A stretch of 62,943 bases of DNA, filler included, from Cirrosporium novae-zelandiae (taxonomy: Eukaryota), in assembly GCA_026023565.1 (NCBI GenBank). It is 5 parts of 5 records of this genome, joined end to end, with 100 filler letters (N's around TTAATTAATTAA, not from the genome) between each part and the next. Parts side by side here need not be neighbours in the genome. Positions count along the whole stretch, not along the records: positions 1 to 21,157 come from JAPETS010000089.1; positions 21,258 to 39,468 come from JAPETS010000090.1; 3 more parts are not named here. One strand, written 5' to 3'. Below are positions 14,189 to 27,295 of this stretch, in pieces. The notes under the pieces were generated by a model. That model saw only the letters and a program-made list of their open reading frames with translations, ran no database searches and was not told where the DNA came from. Positions within the stretch are counted from its first letter, which is position 1. Each line of letters starts with the position of its first letter. Both the position numbers and the translations under genes were made by a program.

Positions 14189-17100
14189 ATGCCCAAACGC
14201 TCAGCTGAAGCCCAGTCAAGTCGGGAAGGTTGGTTTGAAGGTGCAGGACCAAACCCGACTTTCAATATGAATACTCCAGGGCGGAAGATGTCGGAGGTTC
14301 AGAAGCAAAGGAAGTAGGTGACATTTTGTTGTTTGATTTTATTGTTGACATGGTGTCGTTGATGTCGAAAATTCTTCGCGATGATGCACGACTGTGATGA
14401 TGAGATCACCTCCAACACAGCATCACTTTGTACTCTGCTTTAACTCGACATGTGTTGGAGTTGGACAACACATTCAACTCCGACCAAATCTCCCATCTTT
14501 AAGTCTGGTCAAATCGCTAACTCATCGTTTCCTCACTACAGGATCATCCAAGCTCGATCACGACGGCAACACGCTGCGACCACGCCATCTTCCTTTGCCC
14601 CCCAGCCAGCTCCATTTACGAGTACTAATCCAAGCACACTCAACTCGAACCAAGCACCTCAACAGCCATCGTTCTCTTTTGGGTCAACCCCGCAAACCGG
14701 AGCCATGTTCGGCTCATCTCAGAATAACATCAACGGGAACAATCAACAATCGCAAAGTTCATTTGGTGGCTTTGGATCTGGTGGCGGCTCAAGTTTCAAT
14801 TTCGCACCGACCGCAGGTCCCTTTTCCTTCAGCGCTGGGAGTGGCAATAATCCTTTCTCTCAAACAAGTACTGGTAATAACCCCGCACCCGCACCTACAC
14901 CTGCGTTTACGGGCGGCAGCATCTTCAAGCCGGATACCATCCCTAAATTACTAAACTCGACTCCCTCCATCAAACCAAGTACCCCATCTCTCTTTAGCAA
15001 GCCGGAAGACAAGGACCCACCGATGTTCGCTCCGATGCCTGCCAACATCGCAAATGGCTTCTCAACCCCAACGACGAACTCACACCCTCAACAGCCAGCC
15101 CTCAGCTTCGGTCAACCCCCCAGTACCCCGTGTCAATCGAAAACGAATGGTAACCATGAAGATATTGATGATGCAATGAGGACTTCGCCCGATATGCACC
15201 TTTCCAACGGATCTACCGAACCCAGTAAGGACTCACAATTACCTCAAACATCCTTTACCCCAACTCCCATCCCCAAACCCACAATACCCCTGGTGCCTTT
15301 CGCTGTATTCAAGAAACAACAGAAATACAGAGACTGGGAGCGCGCAGGACCGTCCCTGGAAATGCTAGATGCCTTCTTAGCTAATATACCTAAACCCTTT
15401 GCTAACCCATTCACACCAGAAAACGTACATCTATTCTCTTCCGAGAAAACGGCTGCCCCACCGTCAGGCAGGAAGATTGCTCAACCTGGCAAGCGTTTCT
15501 TGAATAACGGGCTATCTCAAAGCACATCCGCTCTCGGTTCAGCTCTCGGTTCAGCTACTGAGACCCCGAAGCTATCTGGAAGTCTATTTTCCGGTATTTC
15601 GAATGGAACACCTGAGCCTCTTTTCTCCAGTCAACTTTTAAAACCATTCCCGCCTAAATCACAGGCTTCCACTACATCGGACTCGCCATCCGCCTCTAAA
15701 GGAAATTCATTATTCGGTAACCTTTCCACTCCGAACCAGTCTCCAGAAAAACCTATCGAGAAACCCAACTTGTTTTCGGGGTTTCAACCTACAATTTCTG
15801 CTGGTTCTGCTGCCCAAAAGACAGATGTGAGTACTACCCAAAATCTAAACGCCGGTACGGCAGCTTCAAGTAATATTTTCAAACCTGCTTCAACTCCATC
15901 TGCGCCGACCTTTGGCATTCTACAGAAGTCACCCATAAAAAGGGCGGCCCAAAACACCAACACCTCAAATAGCTTCACAGCAAACGCACCTACTACATCC
16001 GCTTCTGTTCATTTCTCAGATGCTAAGAAGTCTGAGTTGCAACCTTGCTACAAATTATGTGTCCTTGACGCGTCATTCCAAAAGCATATCGCCACTCTTG
16101 ATGCGAAGGTCGATGATTTCGAAGTAGTTGTAAAGGCATACATTCAAAAGAGAGAACGGTTGTTGGGCTGTCCTGTTCCACCCGAGGTTGCAGGAGCTAA
16201 GCGAAAGTCTAGCGAAGATGCGAACGATTCTAGCAAGAGAGTGAAGCCAGCAACGCCTTTCAGCATGAATTCTACAGCCCAGTCACCTCAGAAGCCACTG
16301 AATGCTTCCGCCCCTGGACCTGTATCAGCTCCTAGCCCCGCCACTATATCCTCGTCTCTTCAACCGACATTCACTCCAGGTGCTTCGACCACCAACAGCG
16401 CAGCATTCAAACTCTCTCAGTCTGCATTGACTTCTGGCAATAGTACTCCGAAATCTGTATTAGGTGGGAAAAGAAAAGCCAATGACTATTTGACGAAAGA
16501 TGGCAAGGAGACTATTGACGAGGAGGAGAACATCATCAAGAGAAGCCGTACAGGTCCTAGTGTCTCATACCCTTCACTTTCTTCAGGCAACGATGACAAG
16601 GAGGAGTCGCAAACTGCCAAGCTATTCAAGGGAATTGTCAACAACGTGAATAAACCAAATCTGTCTCCGACCAAACCCTCATCGAACAACGACTCTGGAC
16701 CACGTGCATCTCCATTCAAATCCATTGCTACAAATATTACCGAGCCGCCGAAGTCAAAAGGAGAACCGACAAAGAATTTGTTCGGTGCAAGTCAATCCAC
16801 ATCAAATAGCTTTTCCGGCTTCAAGCAAGCATCAGCTTCAACCACCAAGAATTCAGATAACCTATTCGCAATCCAGCCATCTTCACCTGAGAAGAACGCG
16901 AACATCTTTACTGCTAGTCCTACCCCAAATGTCTTTGCGCCAAACTCCCCCATCAAATCTCCAATCAAACCCTCCGCAAGTCCATTCACCTTTAAGCCTT
17001 CATCCTCAACCGATACAGCACAGGCTTCCGGCATAAAGCCGCCCACTTTTGCAATTCCTAAGTTTGGCAGTGGAGGATCATCCAATTTCCTCTCTCAATT

Positions 17101-18871
17101 CGGACAGACGGCAAAGAAGGTCGATGATCTTGAAAAGGAGAACCAAAAGAAACGGAAAGAGGCAGATTTTGATTCAGATGAGGAAACTGAAGAGGAGTGG
17201 AAGAAACGAGATGCTGCCAAGCAAGAAGCAAAGAGGAAGGAATTTGAGGAAGCTTCAAAGAAGGCTGCCAAATTTGTTCCAGGGAAAGGATTTGTAATGG
17301 CAGGAGACGATGAATCAATGAAAACGAACAAGGAAGAAGTCAAACCAGCAACTTCAAATGCCTCTCCGTTCTCTCTTTCTGCGCCACAATCAACCGTTAG
17401 CAGTACTAGTAGTTTGATTGCTTGTGGTCCTACTACTCGTTCAACAATGGGTGGTGCATCTGTCTTTGATGCTCATAAACTCTTTAACTCAACGCCCCGT
17501 GACACCAACATATTTGGTCATCTCTCTGATGCCGATTCTGGAGCCGAGAGCAGCAAGGTTGGCGATGCTGACGATGAAGATACTGGGTCGGCCGAGGAGG
17601 ACCTTGACACCAAGGAAAGCACCCAGAACTCTGTCTCCGATCCTGACAGCGATGAAAGCTCGGCTCAGCAGAAGCAAGAGCAGGCTATAAAAGAGAAGGC
17701 AAAGAAGGCTATTGAGAAGATGCAAGCTCCCCAGACTCCAAGCTTTGGTACGCGAAGTCTCTTCGACAGAATCGCAAAGGATGAAAATGGCGATCCTGTG
17801 CGAACACCGCCTGCTGAAGCAGACACCAAATCTACCTCGAACATCTTCAGCGCCTCTGTCCCTATTGATCTTGGTCCTAGCATGTTGAAGCCAAAATCGT
17901 CGGTACAAAAACCGTCGTTTAGTTCTTCTGCCTTTGGTTCTTCCACCCTTAACTCTTCCCTTGGCTCTTCTACCTTTGGCTCCTCTGTCGGTGACCATAC
18001 CTGGAAGGTGGACAGTCCAATCAAGTTCAACACGAACTTTGGCGGCGATAAAAGTGGCGATGCAGCAAAGGCTAGCACAGCACCAATATTCAGCTTCACA
18101 TCTGCAACCCCTTCGAAGAATAGTAGCAATGACGAAGCAATAAACACCCCATTCAGCTTCTCATCTGCTACTCCTACGAAAACCACGAGCAACCTAGAAA
18201 GCACGACCCCCAAAGCCCCCGTACCATTCACTAATCTCTTTGGGGCCAGCAAATCTGGAAATGAATCTGAAAAATCTCCTAGTGCCCTCGACTCTCCTAC
18301 AGCAGCCTCTGCGCACAATGTTGGCTTCTCCTTTGGTGCACCCTCAAAGAATGGGAGTTCCAGCTTGTTTGTTCCTTCTGGGGCCACTTCTCATAATACA
18401 TCGAGAGCTACCTCCCCAGGCGCAACAGATACTGGCGCCGACAGCACCGCAGATTCAGCAGCTGAAGGTGCCGATACCAACGAAGGAGACAAAACGCAAC
18501 TCGACCTGACGGCAAAAGGCGCGGGCGAAGAGAATGAAGATACCTTAATGGAAGTCCGCTCAAAGCCCATGAGATATATCAGAGAAGGCAAGCACAAGGG
18601 CTGGGAGATGATGGGTCTCGGCATCTGCCGTCTCCTTAAACACAAGGAAACCGGCAAGGCGCGTGTCTTAATCAGAGCAGACCCAAGTGGGCGTGTTATG
18701 CTTAACTGCGGTCTTTACGCCGAGTTCACCTACGAGCATCAGGCTCCAAAGGGTGTGAAGTTGATTGTGCCCACGGAAGATGGGAGCCTAGAATCATGGG
18801 TCATCAAGGTTGGGAAGGACGAGAATGCCATAAAGATGGTTGATATACTTGAAACAAACAAAGGCAACTGA
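14189..18871 (+). CDS. NUP2: Nup2/Nup61-like FG nucleoporin with C-terminal Ran-binding domain
   Basis: Exon 1 MPKRSAEAQSSRE... (14189-14313) splices in frame through intron 14314-14541 (GTAGGT...GCTAAC...TACAG) to KIIQARSRR. FxFG/FSF repeats throughout; C-terminal RanBD1 GEENEDTL...GLGICRLLKHKETGKARVLIRADPSGRVMLN. Confidence 0.8.
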
Positions 18872-19259
18872 TGTTGCCCTGGATATCTGTGAATAAGGAG
18901 CACACGGCCAGTCAGCCTAGTCGACCTAATACAATAGTTATATTTTTCGATTCCCCGGTTTAACTACGATACACGAATACTTTTGTTTTAATTCGGATTT
19001 CAACGGAGTTCCAGGATCCCACAGGAGTACAAGAGATGGTCTTTCCATATGCAGAACCAGATGACAAGGCTACTAGGAACTCAAGTCTAAAGAGGTCTTT
19101 TGTTTTCCTGATGCGTCCAATGTTTACTGTGTTGACTATCATCCATAACTGGACGTATCCATTAGGGAAACATATCTATGAGAAATGTTCCCATCCCCAA
19201 ACATTTGGGGTCGCCTTTAGATTGATGCGTCTACTCTTGCCCATGAAGTGCATGGGGTA

Positions 19260-21157
19260 GGTGTTTTTGGAGGGAGGGAGGGGGGGGGGGGGATAAATAT
19301 GAACCGGAGAATCAGTTCTCAAGGGTACACAATGATTGAAGACTTCTTTGTGTTCTTTCTTAATCGAGTTTTTAACACTCCTACTCGGAAATGCATTAGC
19401 AGGACATAAAAAATGGAAATAAGCATGGCGTTGTTTTGGGGTTTACTTTTTCGATTCTTTTTTTTTTTTCTTGAAGAAGTTTTGTACAGAGAGACTTTAT
19501 TATATACAACATCTTAACTGACTGCCTTCCCCCCCTCCAACCCCCCTTGTTCTCTCTCCCACCCCCTGTTTTTTTTTTTTTTTTTTTTCATTTTTCCTAA
19601 ATCTCTCTCCAGCGAATTCGCAAACTTAGAAACGACGACATTATTGAAATGGGGCACACTACTGGGTGGGGTCGACTTTAGATTATTATTGTTTTTTTTG
19701 TGACCTTTGAATGTGTGTGTGTGTGCGCGTGTGTGCCAAGGATTGAATCGACTGGCCCCCCCCTGGACTGGACTTATGTAGGTAGTCTTCGAGTATTATT
19801 CTTGTTATCAGAAAACTTTGTCCAGCTTTGATAGATATCTCCGTCTTGACCCCTTTTCAGTGTAGATGATTGTAACTGTAACCGTAGCCGTAATCCTTTG
19901 TTCCTCATATATGTAGTAATAGTAATAGTGATTCTTGACATTTATTTGCTTGCTTGCTGGCTTGTAATCCCCAAAAGGATAGATACCACCACCATACATA
20001 GGTACTCGTCCATCCATCCATCTATCAATCCTACAATCCCTTATCCTACAATCCCTTATCCTACAATCCCATCACACAATCAATCCCACAAGCAAGCATT
20101 TGAAATTTCTCCCCCTCCCAGCTCGTCCCCGCCCATCATCCATCCCTAACCATTCATTCATCCCCAAGCATTCCCATTCACAATATCAGTGCCTACCTAC
20201 CTACCTACCTACCTACCCCATTCCCCCCCTTTACATCAAAACCCTAAACCACTCCTAAGAACGAGGGAAATTCAACCTATTTTTTTTTTTTTTATAAAAT
20301 CTCCCGTTGATAATTTAGTATTTTGCTTGGGGGGGGAAGGAGGGATAAATAAATAGGACGGAATTGGTAAGGTGGGGGGGATCCACCCCTTTTGATTGTT
20401 TTGTTTGTTTGTTTGTTTGATTAATTGATTATTATTTTTTTTCCTTTTTAAGGGGTTATAGAGAAGTAAGAAGTAAGAAGAAAATTAAAAAAAAAAAAAA
20501 AATAGATAAAGGGGAAAGGGATGGGATGGGATGGGATAGGACGTATATATATAACATCATGAAAGGGGAAGAAGAACAGGAAAAAAAAAAGGGGGGGGGG
20601 GAGGGGTTGATGAGAGAAAGAGAGAGAGAGAAGTTAAATAAACAGCGGGAAAAAATGGAAAAGGAAAGGGGAGGGGAGGGGAGATAGGACAAAATGGGGA
20701 TGAATGGATAGAGAGAATAGAGAATAGAGAATCAAAAAAATTGTTTGATTTTTTTTTTTTTGGGTTCGTCTTTCCCCCCCCCTAATTAGATCCCCCCACC
20801 AGGAAGCTATCTATCTATCTATCTAAGGAAGGAAGGAAGGAAGGAAGGAAACCAAAAAAAAAACAAAACAAAAATAAAGGGTATATATATATATCTGGAT
20901 GGATGGATGGATGGATGTTGTGTTATGGGATTGTGATTTATATAAGATATATATATATATTTCTAGTTTCAAGAATCTTTTTTCGAGTTGGTTTTCTTGC
21001 TTTTTCTTCTTCTTTCTCTCTGTTTGATAAACTATAGTTAGAATTAATCGCCTTCTATGTAAACAACCCCCCCCCCCCAACCCCGGCCCTCCGTAGCCCA
21101 GGATTAATACGCTTTGCTAAGCTACACACCATGCCATCCACCAAAAATATATAAGCC
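19260..21157. repeat. Microsatellite/homopolymer-dense non-coding tract
   Basis: (GT)n, (CCTA)n, (TTTG)n, (GGAA)n, (GGAT)n, (TA)n, (ATCT)n and poly-A/T/C/G runs; only short low-complexity ORFs. Confidence 0.85.
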
Positions 21158-21257
21158 NNNNNNNNNNNNNNNNNNNNNNNNNNNNNNNNNNNNNNNNNNN
21201 NTTAATTAATTAANNNNNNNNNNNNNNNNNNNNNNNNNNNNNNNNNNNNNNNNNNNN
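21158..21257. other. Assembly gap with artificial linker
   Basis: 44 N + TTAATTAATTAA + 44 N; identical layout at all four gaps. Confidence 0.97.
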
Positions 21258-21542
21258 GGGTGTTTTTTATTGGGTTGGGGTTGAATTGAGGTGGTTGGTT
21301 GTGATAAGTTACTATAATTAGTGTTTATATGGCGCATAGATGGATGGATAAATAAATAAATAATAACAGCGAGGGTCATCTTCTTCTTCTTCTTCTTCTT
21401 CTTCTTCTTCTTCCTTGTGTCATGCAAATGTCTAACGTCTAACGTCTAACATCTAGTATTCAGTAACATCTAAAAATTCTAATAACGTCTATCATCCCAT
21501 CATCCCATTATCTTATCATCTTATCATTCACACCCACTAAAA

Positions 21543-22766
21543 TCACCAAATACCCCAATCTCCCCAGATGCCTAGGACCTCTCTTCCCTCTGCCTCTTCC
21601 TCCCCAACCCCACCATCATCCTCACCACCACCACCCCAAGAACCAAACCCCCTCTCAAACTCCTCATGCAGATTCTCCCACCCGTCCCTGACAGCCTGCA
21701 TGCCCCTTACCCGTTCCCGCTCCATCGCTTCCAGATCCCATTTCTCTTCTCCTGATTCTGATGGTGATGAGAATGAGGATGATGAGGGACGGAATCCTGA
21801 AACCCGGATAACCGCCTCCGGGGGGATGGTAAGGCGGTTTCGCTTGAAGACGTAGCGAGCTATGCTTGTTGCGAGGACGGGGGTGTGACTTTTGGTTTCT
21901 TTTTCGTCTTTGCTGTTATGACGCTTTTCTCTTCTACTTCCCTTGCCACATTTCATATTCCTCCAAGGCTGCAGCACAAACCTCCGCACATCTACCCCAT
22001 CCATAGTCCCCCGCAGCACAAAAAACGAAATGAAATACATCCATTTGGAATCCCAGGTTAGGACGCGCGTGTAGATGTCGTAAGGGATGAATAGGGGGAT
22101 TTCCTTTCGGAACATGCAGGTTATTCCGCCGAGGGCGGTGTAGATTTTTAGACCGGGTTTTGCTTTGGTGATGGTGTCGTTGGAGTGGGGGTAGGATTGG
22201 GATTGGAGGATTGCGGGGGGTGGTGAGATGGCGGTGGAAGAGTTGTTTGGTAGTGATGCCGATGGGAGTGGGGTGGTAGTTCCGGTGCTAGGCGTCGCCA
22301 TTCCCGCAGCCACAGACGCAGCACCCCCTACAATCTCCTTGAAATCATGTCCTAACGCCTTCGCAAAGAGGCGGGTGACGAGAGTCGTGCGCGCGATATC
22401 TAGGTCCGCGAAGTAGGTGCTATTGCTTTTATGAATGTTGTAGTCACCTTCCAAGAATGGGGTACGGCTGCATTGGAATACCGAGTAGCTGAATAGGTGC
22501 TTCGGTCCTAGTACTGGTTTGGAGTCGCGGTTGAATTTTGGGAGGAATGGGAGGAGGTAATATGTGTCTTGCGTGAGGATGGTGTTTAGGAAGCGAATGT
22601 GCCAGACTAGAGGCAGGGTTTTTAGGTTTAGTAATAGGGAGAGGGCGAGGATTGTTTTTGGGAGGGTTAGGGTGATGTATCTGTGTAGGAGGAGGATGAG
22701 TGGGAGGAGCGCTGCTAGGCGGAGGAGTGTCTGCGGGTGATTGAGTGGGTGCGTTATGTACGGCAT
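21543..22766 (-). CDS. Hotdog-fold thioesterase-like protein (THEM6/YBR096W-like)
   Basis: LLNLKTLPLVWHIRF, EGDYNIHKSNSTYFADLDIAR, GGITCMFRKEIP, TRVLTWDSKWMY and ARYVFKRNRLTIPPE motifs. Confidence 0.82.
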   Translation of the reverse strand: MPYITHPLNHPQTLLRLAALLPLILLLHRYITLTLPKTILALSLLLNLKTLPLVWHIRFLNTILTQDTYYLLPFLPKFNRDSKPVLGPKHLFSYSVFQCSRTPFLEGDYNIHKSNSTYFADLDIARTTLVTRLFAKALGHDFKEIVGGAASVAAGMATPSTGTTTPLPSASLPNNSSTAISPPPAILQSQSYPHSNDTITKAKPGLKIYTALGGITCMFRKEIPLFIPYDIYTRVLTWDSKWMYFISFFVLRGTMDGVDVRRFVLQPWRNMKCGKGSRREKRHNSKDEKETKSHTPVLATSIARYVFKRNRLTIPPEAVIRVSGFRPSSSSFSSPSESGEEKWDLEAMERERVRGMQAVRDGWENLHEEFERGFGSWGGGGEDDGGVGEEEAEGREVLGIWGDWGIW

Positions 22767-23394
22767 AGCTGTTGAGGTTGATAGTGAGGAGAGTTTCTAT
22801 TTTTGGAGTTGGTTTTTTGATGAATCTTTTCTTCTTTTTCTTTTTCTTAGTCCTTGCTTCGAGACCTACGAATTTGTGAGTTTGGAAATCTGTTGGACAT
22901 GTATATAAAGATATGTCCTTGTAGTCGCACAGCAGACTGTGGACGGATTGAAACAGGAATCAGAAGTTAAATGTGACAGGTGTCTCTCCCTGCCGAAATA
23001 GAAGCACAATTGAAGATATTAATCAATAAATAAATAATAAAGAAACTAGAGAGAATAAAAATATCAAAATTGTTGGGAAATAATAGTATGAGATTGAATT
23101 AGTTTAACCAAAGGTCCATTCAAAATGCTAAGAACTTCTCTCATGATCCACTTCGGACTAAATACGTAAAGCGACCTCACACGAAATGCCGAGGTATCTT
23201 TTTTATCCGGTCATGAGGTCGGAAATGGCAAAGTAATGAGAGAAAATATCTAGACAAAACATCAACAATTGATTTCTTGCTCTTTGCCTCTGATAATCTA
23301 CAGAAATATTGTGCGATTCGCCTAACCTTGAATCCAAAAAAACCCCCACCCATAATTTAAATATCCAAACCAACTTAATCCTATCTCAATGACA

Positions 23395-24696
23395 TTATGC
23401 ATCGCGTCGTTCATATGGATTCAACTCGTGCCATTCACCTGCTGCCTCAACTGGCGCTGTCTCTAGTCCTCTGTTTTCTGCACCTCTTACTGTACTCTCA
23501 TCACTTGACTCCCTTCCTTGGTAATTCTCATCATGTCCTTGTTCTAAATCTTGTGATTGATGTTTTTCCCCAACAACATATCCCGCCCCTCCTCCAATTC
23601 CCCTCCCAAATGCCCTTCTTCTGCTTCTTGGTCCCCATGCCCATCCTTCGCCCATGTTGACTGGTAAATGATACCATCTAAAACTCATCCATCCTAGCAA
23701 AATTCCTAATAGCGACCCTGAGAGTATATCAAATCCGTGATGCCGATAATCCGTAAACCGTGTAGAGCAGATATAAACGGCCGCAGCAAGAGGGATAAAT
23801 GGGAGGAGCAAAGTCCATATTGGAGGAGCCGCTGCATGGGTACGTAGAGAGGGATTCGGATTAGGCGTTGCCACAAATAAAGGAGATGTAAGGTACGGAA
23901 TTGTAGTGCCAGTTTTGGCAGCCAGAAAAAGCGAGAGATAAAGTAGACCAGCCCAAGAGACTGCAAATATAATTAGTACAAAGTCAATAAAACCAGAGGC
24001 GGTGAAGTTTACAGCTTGAATGTCCACTTGGAAAGCTCTGGAACCCATCACTCAAAATTGCATCATCCTTCTGTTGGCAAATCGTCCAACTAACCAGCCT
24101 GGTACCATTACCTTGATAACCTACGGCATGGTCTGCGGTATGATCTAGGGCAGGATTGCATCGGCTAAGCAAATCTGGCCTTGGTTTTCCAAACAAAACT
24201 TTGCTACTCTGAGTAATTAAGAATGCACTCGCACAGGCTAGAGCAAGGCCTAACCACCCAACATGCCATTCCCAAAACTTTCGACGAAGACTGTATTTTT
24301 GATGACGATGACGAAAACACCTGAGAGGTGTGGGAGGAATGAAGAGAAGACAGACAACCGGAATAATTATTGCTGGTACACCACCAGCAATAATTATCAA
24401 AAGTGAGAGTGGTACTCTTTCATGCTCGGTGTAGGGGAATGAGATGCTCGGGTCGGTAAGATCGAATGGTCGATGATAAGGCGTGACGTTGGACAGTGCA
24501 TAGGCAACCAGCAATACAGCGCTAAATAGTTTAAACAATCAGTTCACTGCCTGAAAAAAGGGACAGCAACTCACAAGACAATAATCCAATCGAAAACATA
24601 AGATGAAAGAAGAAGAGGCGATATACGATGGGGTGCTTTAGCCATCCTATTATATGTGCCAATAAGGTGATTGGTGCTAGTGAAACTACGTCTCAT
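23395..24696 (-). CDS. PAP2-family lipid phosphate phosphatase (DPP1/LPP1-like), multi-exon
   Basis: C1 KVLFGKPRPD, C2 SFPSGHSS and C3 STRFTDYRHHGFD motifs; first exon ...SSYVFDWIIVL from ATG 24696. Confidence 0.88.
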
Positions 24697-25117
24697 GGCT
24701 GCGAAGAAAAGAGAGAAAGGAAAAAGGTATAATATAGCAAAGAATCAAAGTGGGGGTGAAATTGAACTGATGGTTCTGCGAATGTAAAGGGTGAAGACTC
24801 AAGGACTTGGGGATACAAGACTAAAACGAGAAAGGGAAAAGCGGAAACAGGAGACTTCTCTGATCTTTAATTCATGAATACCTTACGTAGTCATTAAAGT
24901 AAGAGGTTTGACGAATAATACCAAGGCTACACATGTAGAAAGTAATAGGAAAAAAATAGCCAAGCCACAATTCCGAGTGATTAACGTTAGAGATGGTGTT
25001 TTGGGGATGGATTGACGAGCATAAGTTGACATGTTGTGGCTCAATGGGGCAACTGAACACATGAAGTTAATCCTCGCCAACAAGGAAGAGTCTAACAAGG
25101 CTGATGGAACTTCCAAG

Positions 25118-25212
25118 AAGCCAAGTTAAGCCAAGAAAAGGCCAAGAAAAGGCCAAGAGCGCCAGGAGAACGCCAGGAGAACGCCAGGAGAACGCCAGGA
25201 GAACGCCAGGCA
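25118..25212. repeat. Short tandem repeats (GCCAAGAAAAG / CGCCAGGAGAA units)
   Basis: Several GCCAAG-based units followed by about 4-5 copies of the 11-mer CGCCAGGAGAA. Confidence 0.8.
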
Positions 25213-26647
25213 ACAACAAAGTCCCCAAGACTGCAATAAGATTTCGGAATGATGTAGACTGCCGATCTCCAACAATAGAAGTCAATTCCGAAGTGCCGTG
25301 TGGCTTAGACCAGTAATTCAGTAACTCCCTCACATATCACTAACTTGTTCCCAGTCTCGAGCCAATCTTTTTTCTTCAGAATGTCACTGATTATTTGATC
25401 TGTTTAATTATTGCTTTCGTGTTTAAGCTAGATGTTTCTCCTGACGCCAGATTTTCTCCGAGATTCACTCCATTGGAACTAGAGTGTTTCTCGGAGATCT
25501 CGGGCTTCTCGGCTCGGGGATCTCGTGCTTAACAAACTTCGTCCGCTAATGTTCCGAAAATTCCGTGATCAATGCTTAGCCAGCAAGCCAACGAGCCAAC
25601 TCCACAGATGTTTTCTCGAAAGAAAGCTTGGATCTCTTCTGATATCGAACCCTGATGAGATGTTTATCCTCTAGTTATCGTTTGCCATAGCTACTTTGGC
25701 ACTAGTATTATCTCAAATTTCCAAGGCTCTAGAAGAGATGGAGAATAACAAGCACAGGCCACTAATATCTTGAAAACGGAAGAAAAGTAAGCATCCAAAA
25801 AAGCTTAGGGCCAGCTGAACAAAGGTACAAATTTTCCCGTAATGGCAGTATAAGCGGTCAGGGTCAGCGCAGATAGAAATAACGAGATTGGTTCACAATC
25901 AAGCGGCGAATTTATACTCATGGAGATAGTTCCTTGGGCAAATAACACCCGAAAGATGAGAACTGCTCGATAAATAACCAAGGTATGATACGAATGAAAT
26001 GAGTATGATAAAAAATGAAATGAGCACCATGAAACTGAACTGTTCTCTCAGATATGAAACCGCACACTAGTAGCAAACTCCTAGTGACAAGTTGCTGACC
26101 CGCAAGATCAAAAATTAGTCGATCGAGAAGCTTCTGCCATAGCATGATGGACTCTCTAGACTTTTGATTTGTACCACGAGCAAATCGGGCACTAAGACCT
26201 ATTGGTAGCAATCATTTCTCATCTTGACTAGATTAAATAGCGGGTCTAACCTCGGCCGACCAGACCGAGTCTCTCCGTATATAGACCGACCCGACCGAGG
26301 GCCTTAACCTAGTCCATTCCTTTGCGGAGGGTACAAATGATACCACCTGCGCTCACGTTAGAACCTCTAAGCCTCCTCTCAAAACCCCTATCCATTTCCT
26401 ATGCACGCAGAAAGACAGAACATATACGCCAATACTAGCAGCCCCCGGATTCGACCGATACATAGACAAATCATGGAACATGATCCGCAACGACATCAAT
26501 TTACCAATCAACCATCACCCGATACAAATCCACCCACGGGGAGTGGGTGACCCACCCCCCAAAACCAAACCAAAAACCCCACAGAAAAAAAAAACAAAGA
26601 AAAAAAGTCTGCAGAATAAAGTAACCACAAAACAGGGCATTACAAGC

Positions 26648-27295
26648 GTAGGAACAACATCCTCACATTTCTACCGGCTTATAACTAACAAAACCATGCT
26701 TTCATAAGAAAAAAGAACTAACACAAACTGATACGAGCAAAAGAGTGTATAAATCTATACTCTTTTGGGGTCGGGAAGAGAAGATCTCAATTAATATCTT
26801 GTTAGTCACTTTATGATGGTGGATATCTATTTATGCGAGGCATTCACGTCTTCATATTCGCATTTATTTCCCTACATAAACCGAGGGAAAGGAGGATGAA
26901 GGGGAAGGGGGAGGAGGAAAGGGGATACAGTTAGTAGGCAACCTTGAATACTTTGGACTAAAAAACCGAAATAAAATAGGGTAGTACTGTACAAATGTAG
27001 GGAATAACATCCTCTCACATTTCTACTAAGTTATAACTAATATAAATCCATGTTTTCATGAGAAAGAGAACTAACGCCAACTGATACAAACAAGGAGCAG
27101 TGTATAAGTCTATATGCTCTTTTTGGAATCATGAAGAGAAAGAAAGAAACCTTAGATAATTTTAAATCTTTGTTAGTTACACCTACCTAGGTAGGTATTT
27201 TATGATGATATCCTATCAATCCATCCAATCCAATCCATGCAAGGCAATTTACATTTATCCTTCCTAGATACCTATATACCTATATGAAACCTAAG
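26648..27295. repeat. Diverged direct duplication of ~240 bp
   Basis: GTAGGAACAACATCCTCACATTTCTAC...TTATAACTAA...GAACTAAC...CTGATAC...GTGTATAA occurs at ~26648 and again at ~26997. Confidence 0.75.

Noticed and set aside
14394..18657. Many overlapping and antisense ORFs inside the nucleoporin and other long genes
   Set aside because: Shadow frames of real CDSs with no recognisable motifs.
21202..21213. Palindromic TTAATTAATTAA recurring four times
   Set aside because: Always centred in 44+44 Ns; an artificial all-frame-stop linker.
19808..21427. Short ORFs in SSR tracts (also at 26-28 kb and 36-39 kb)
   Set aside because: Translations are low-complexity by-products of microsatellites.
25118..25212. 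CRISPR-like repeat array
   Set aside because: Contiguous 11-bp units without spacers, in a eukaryote.
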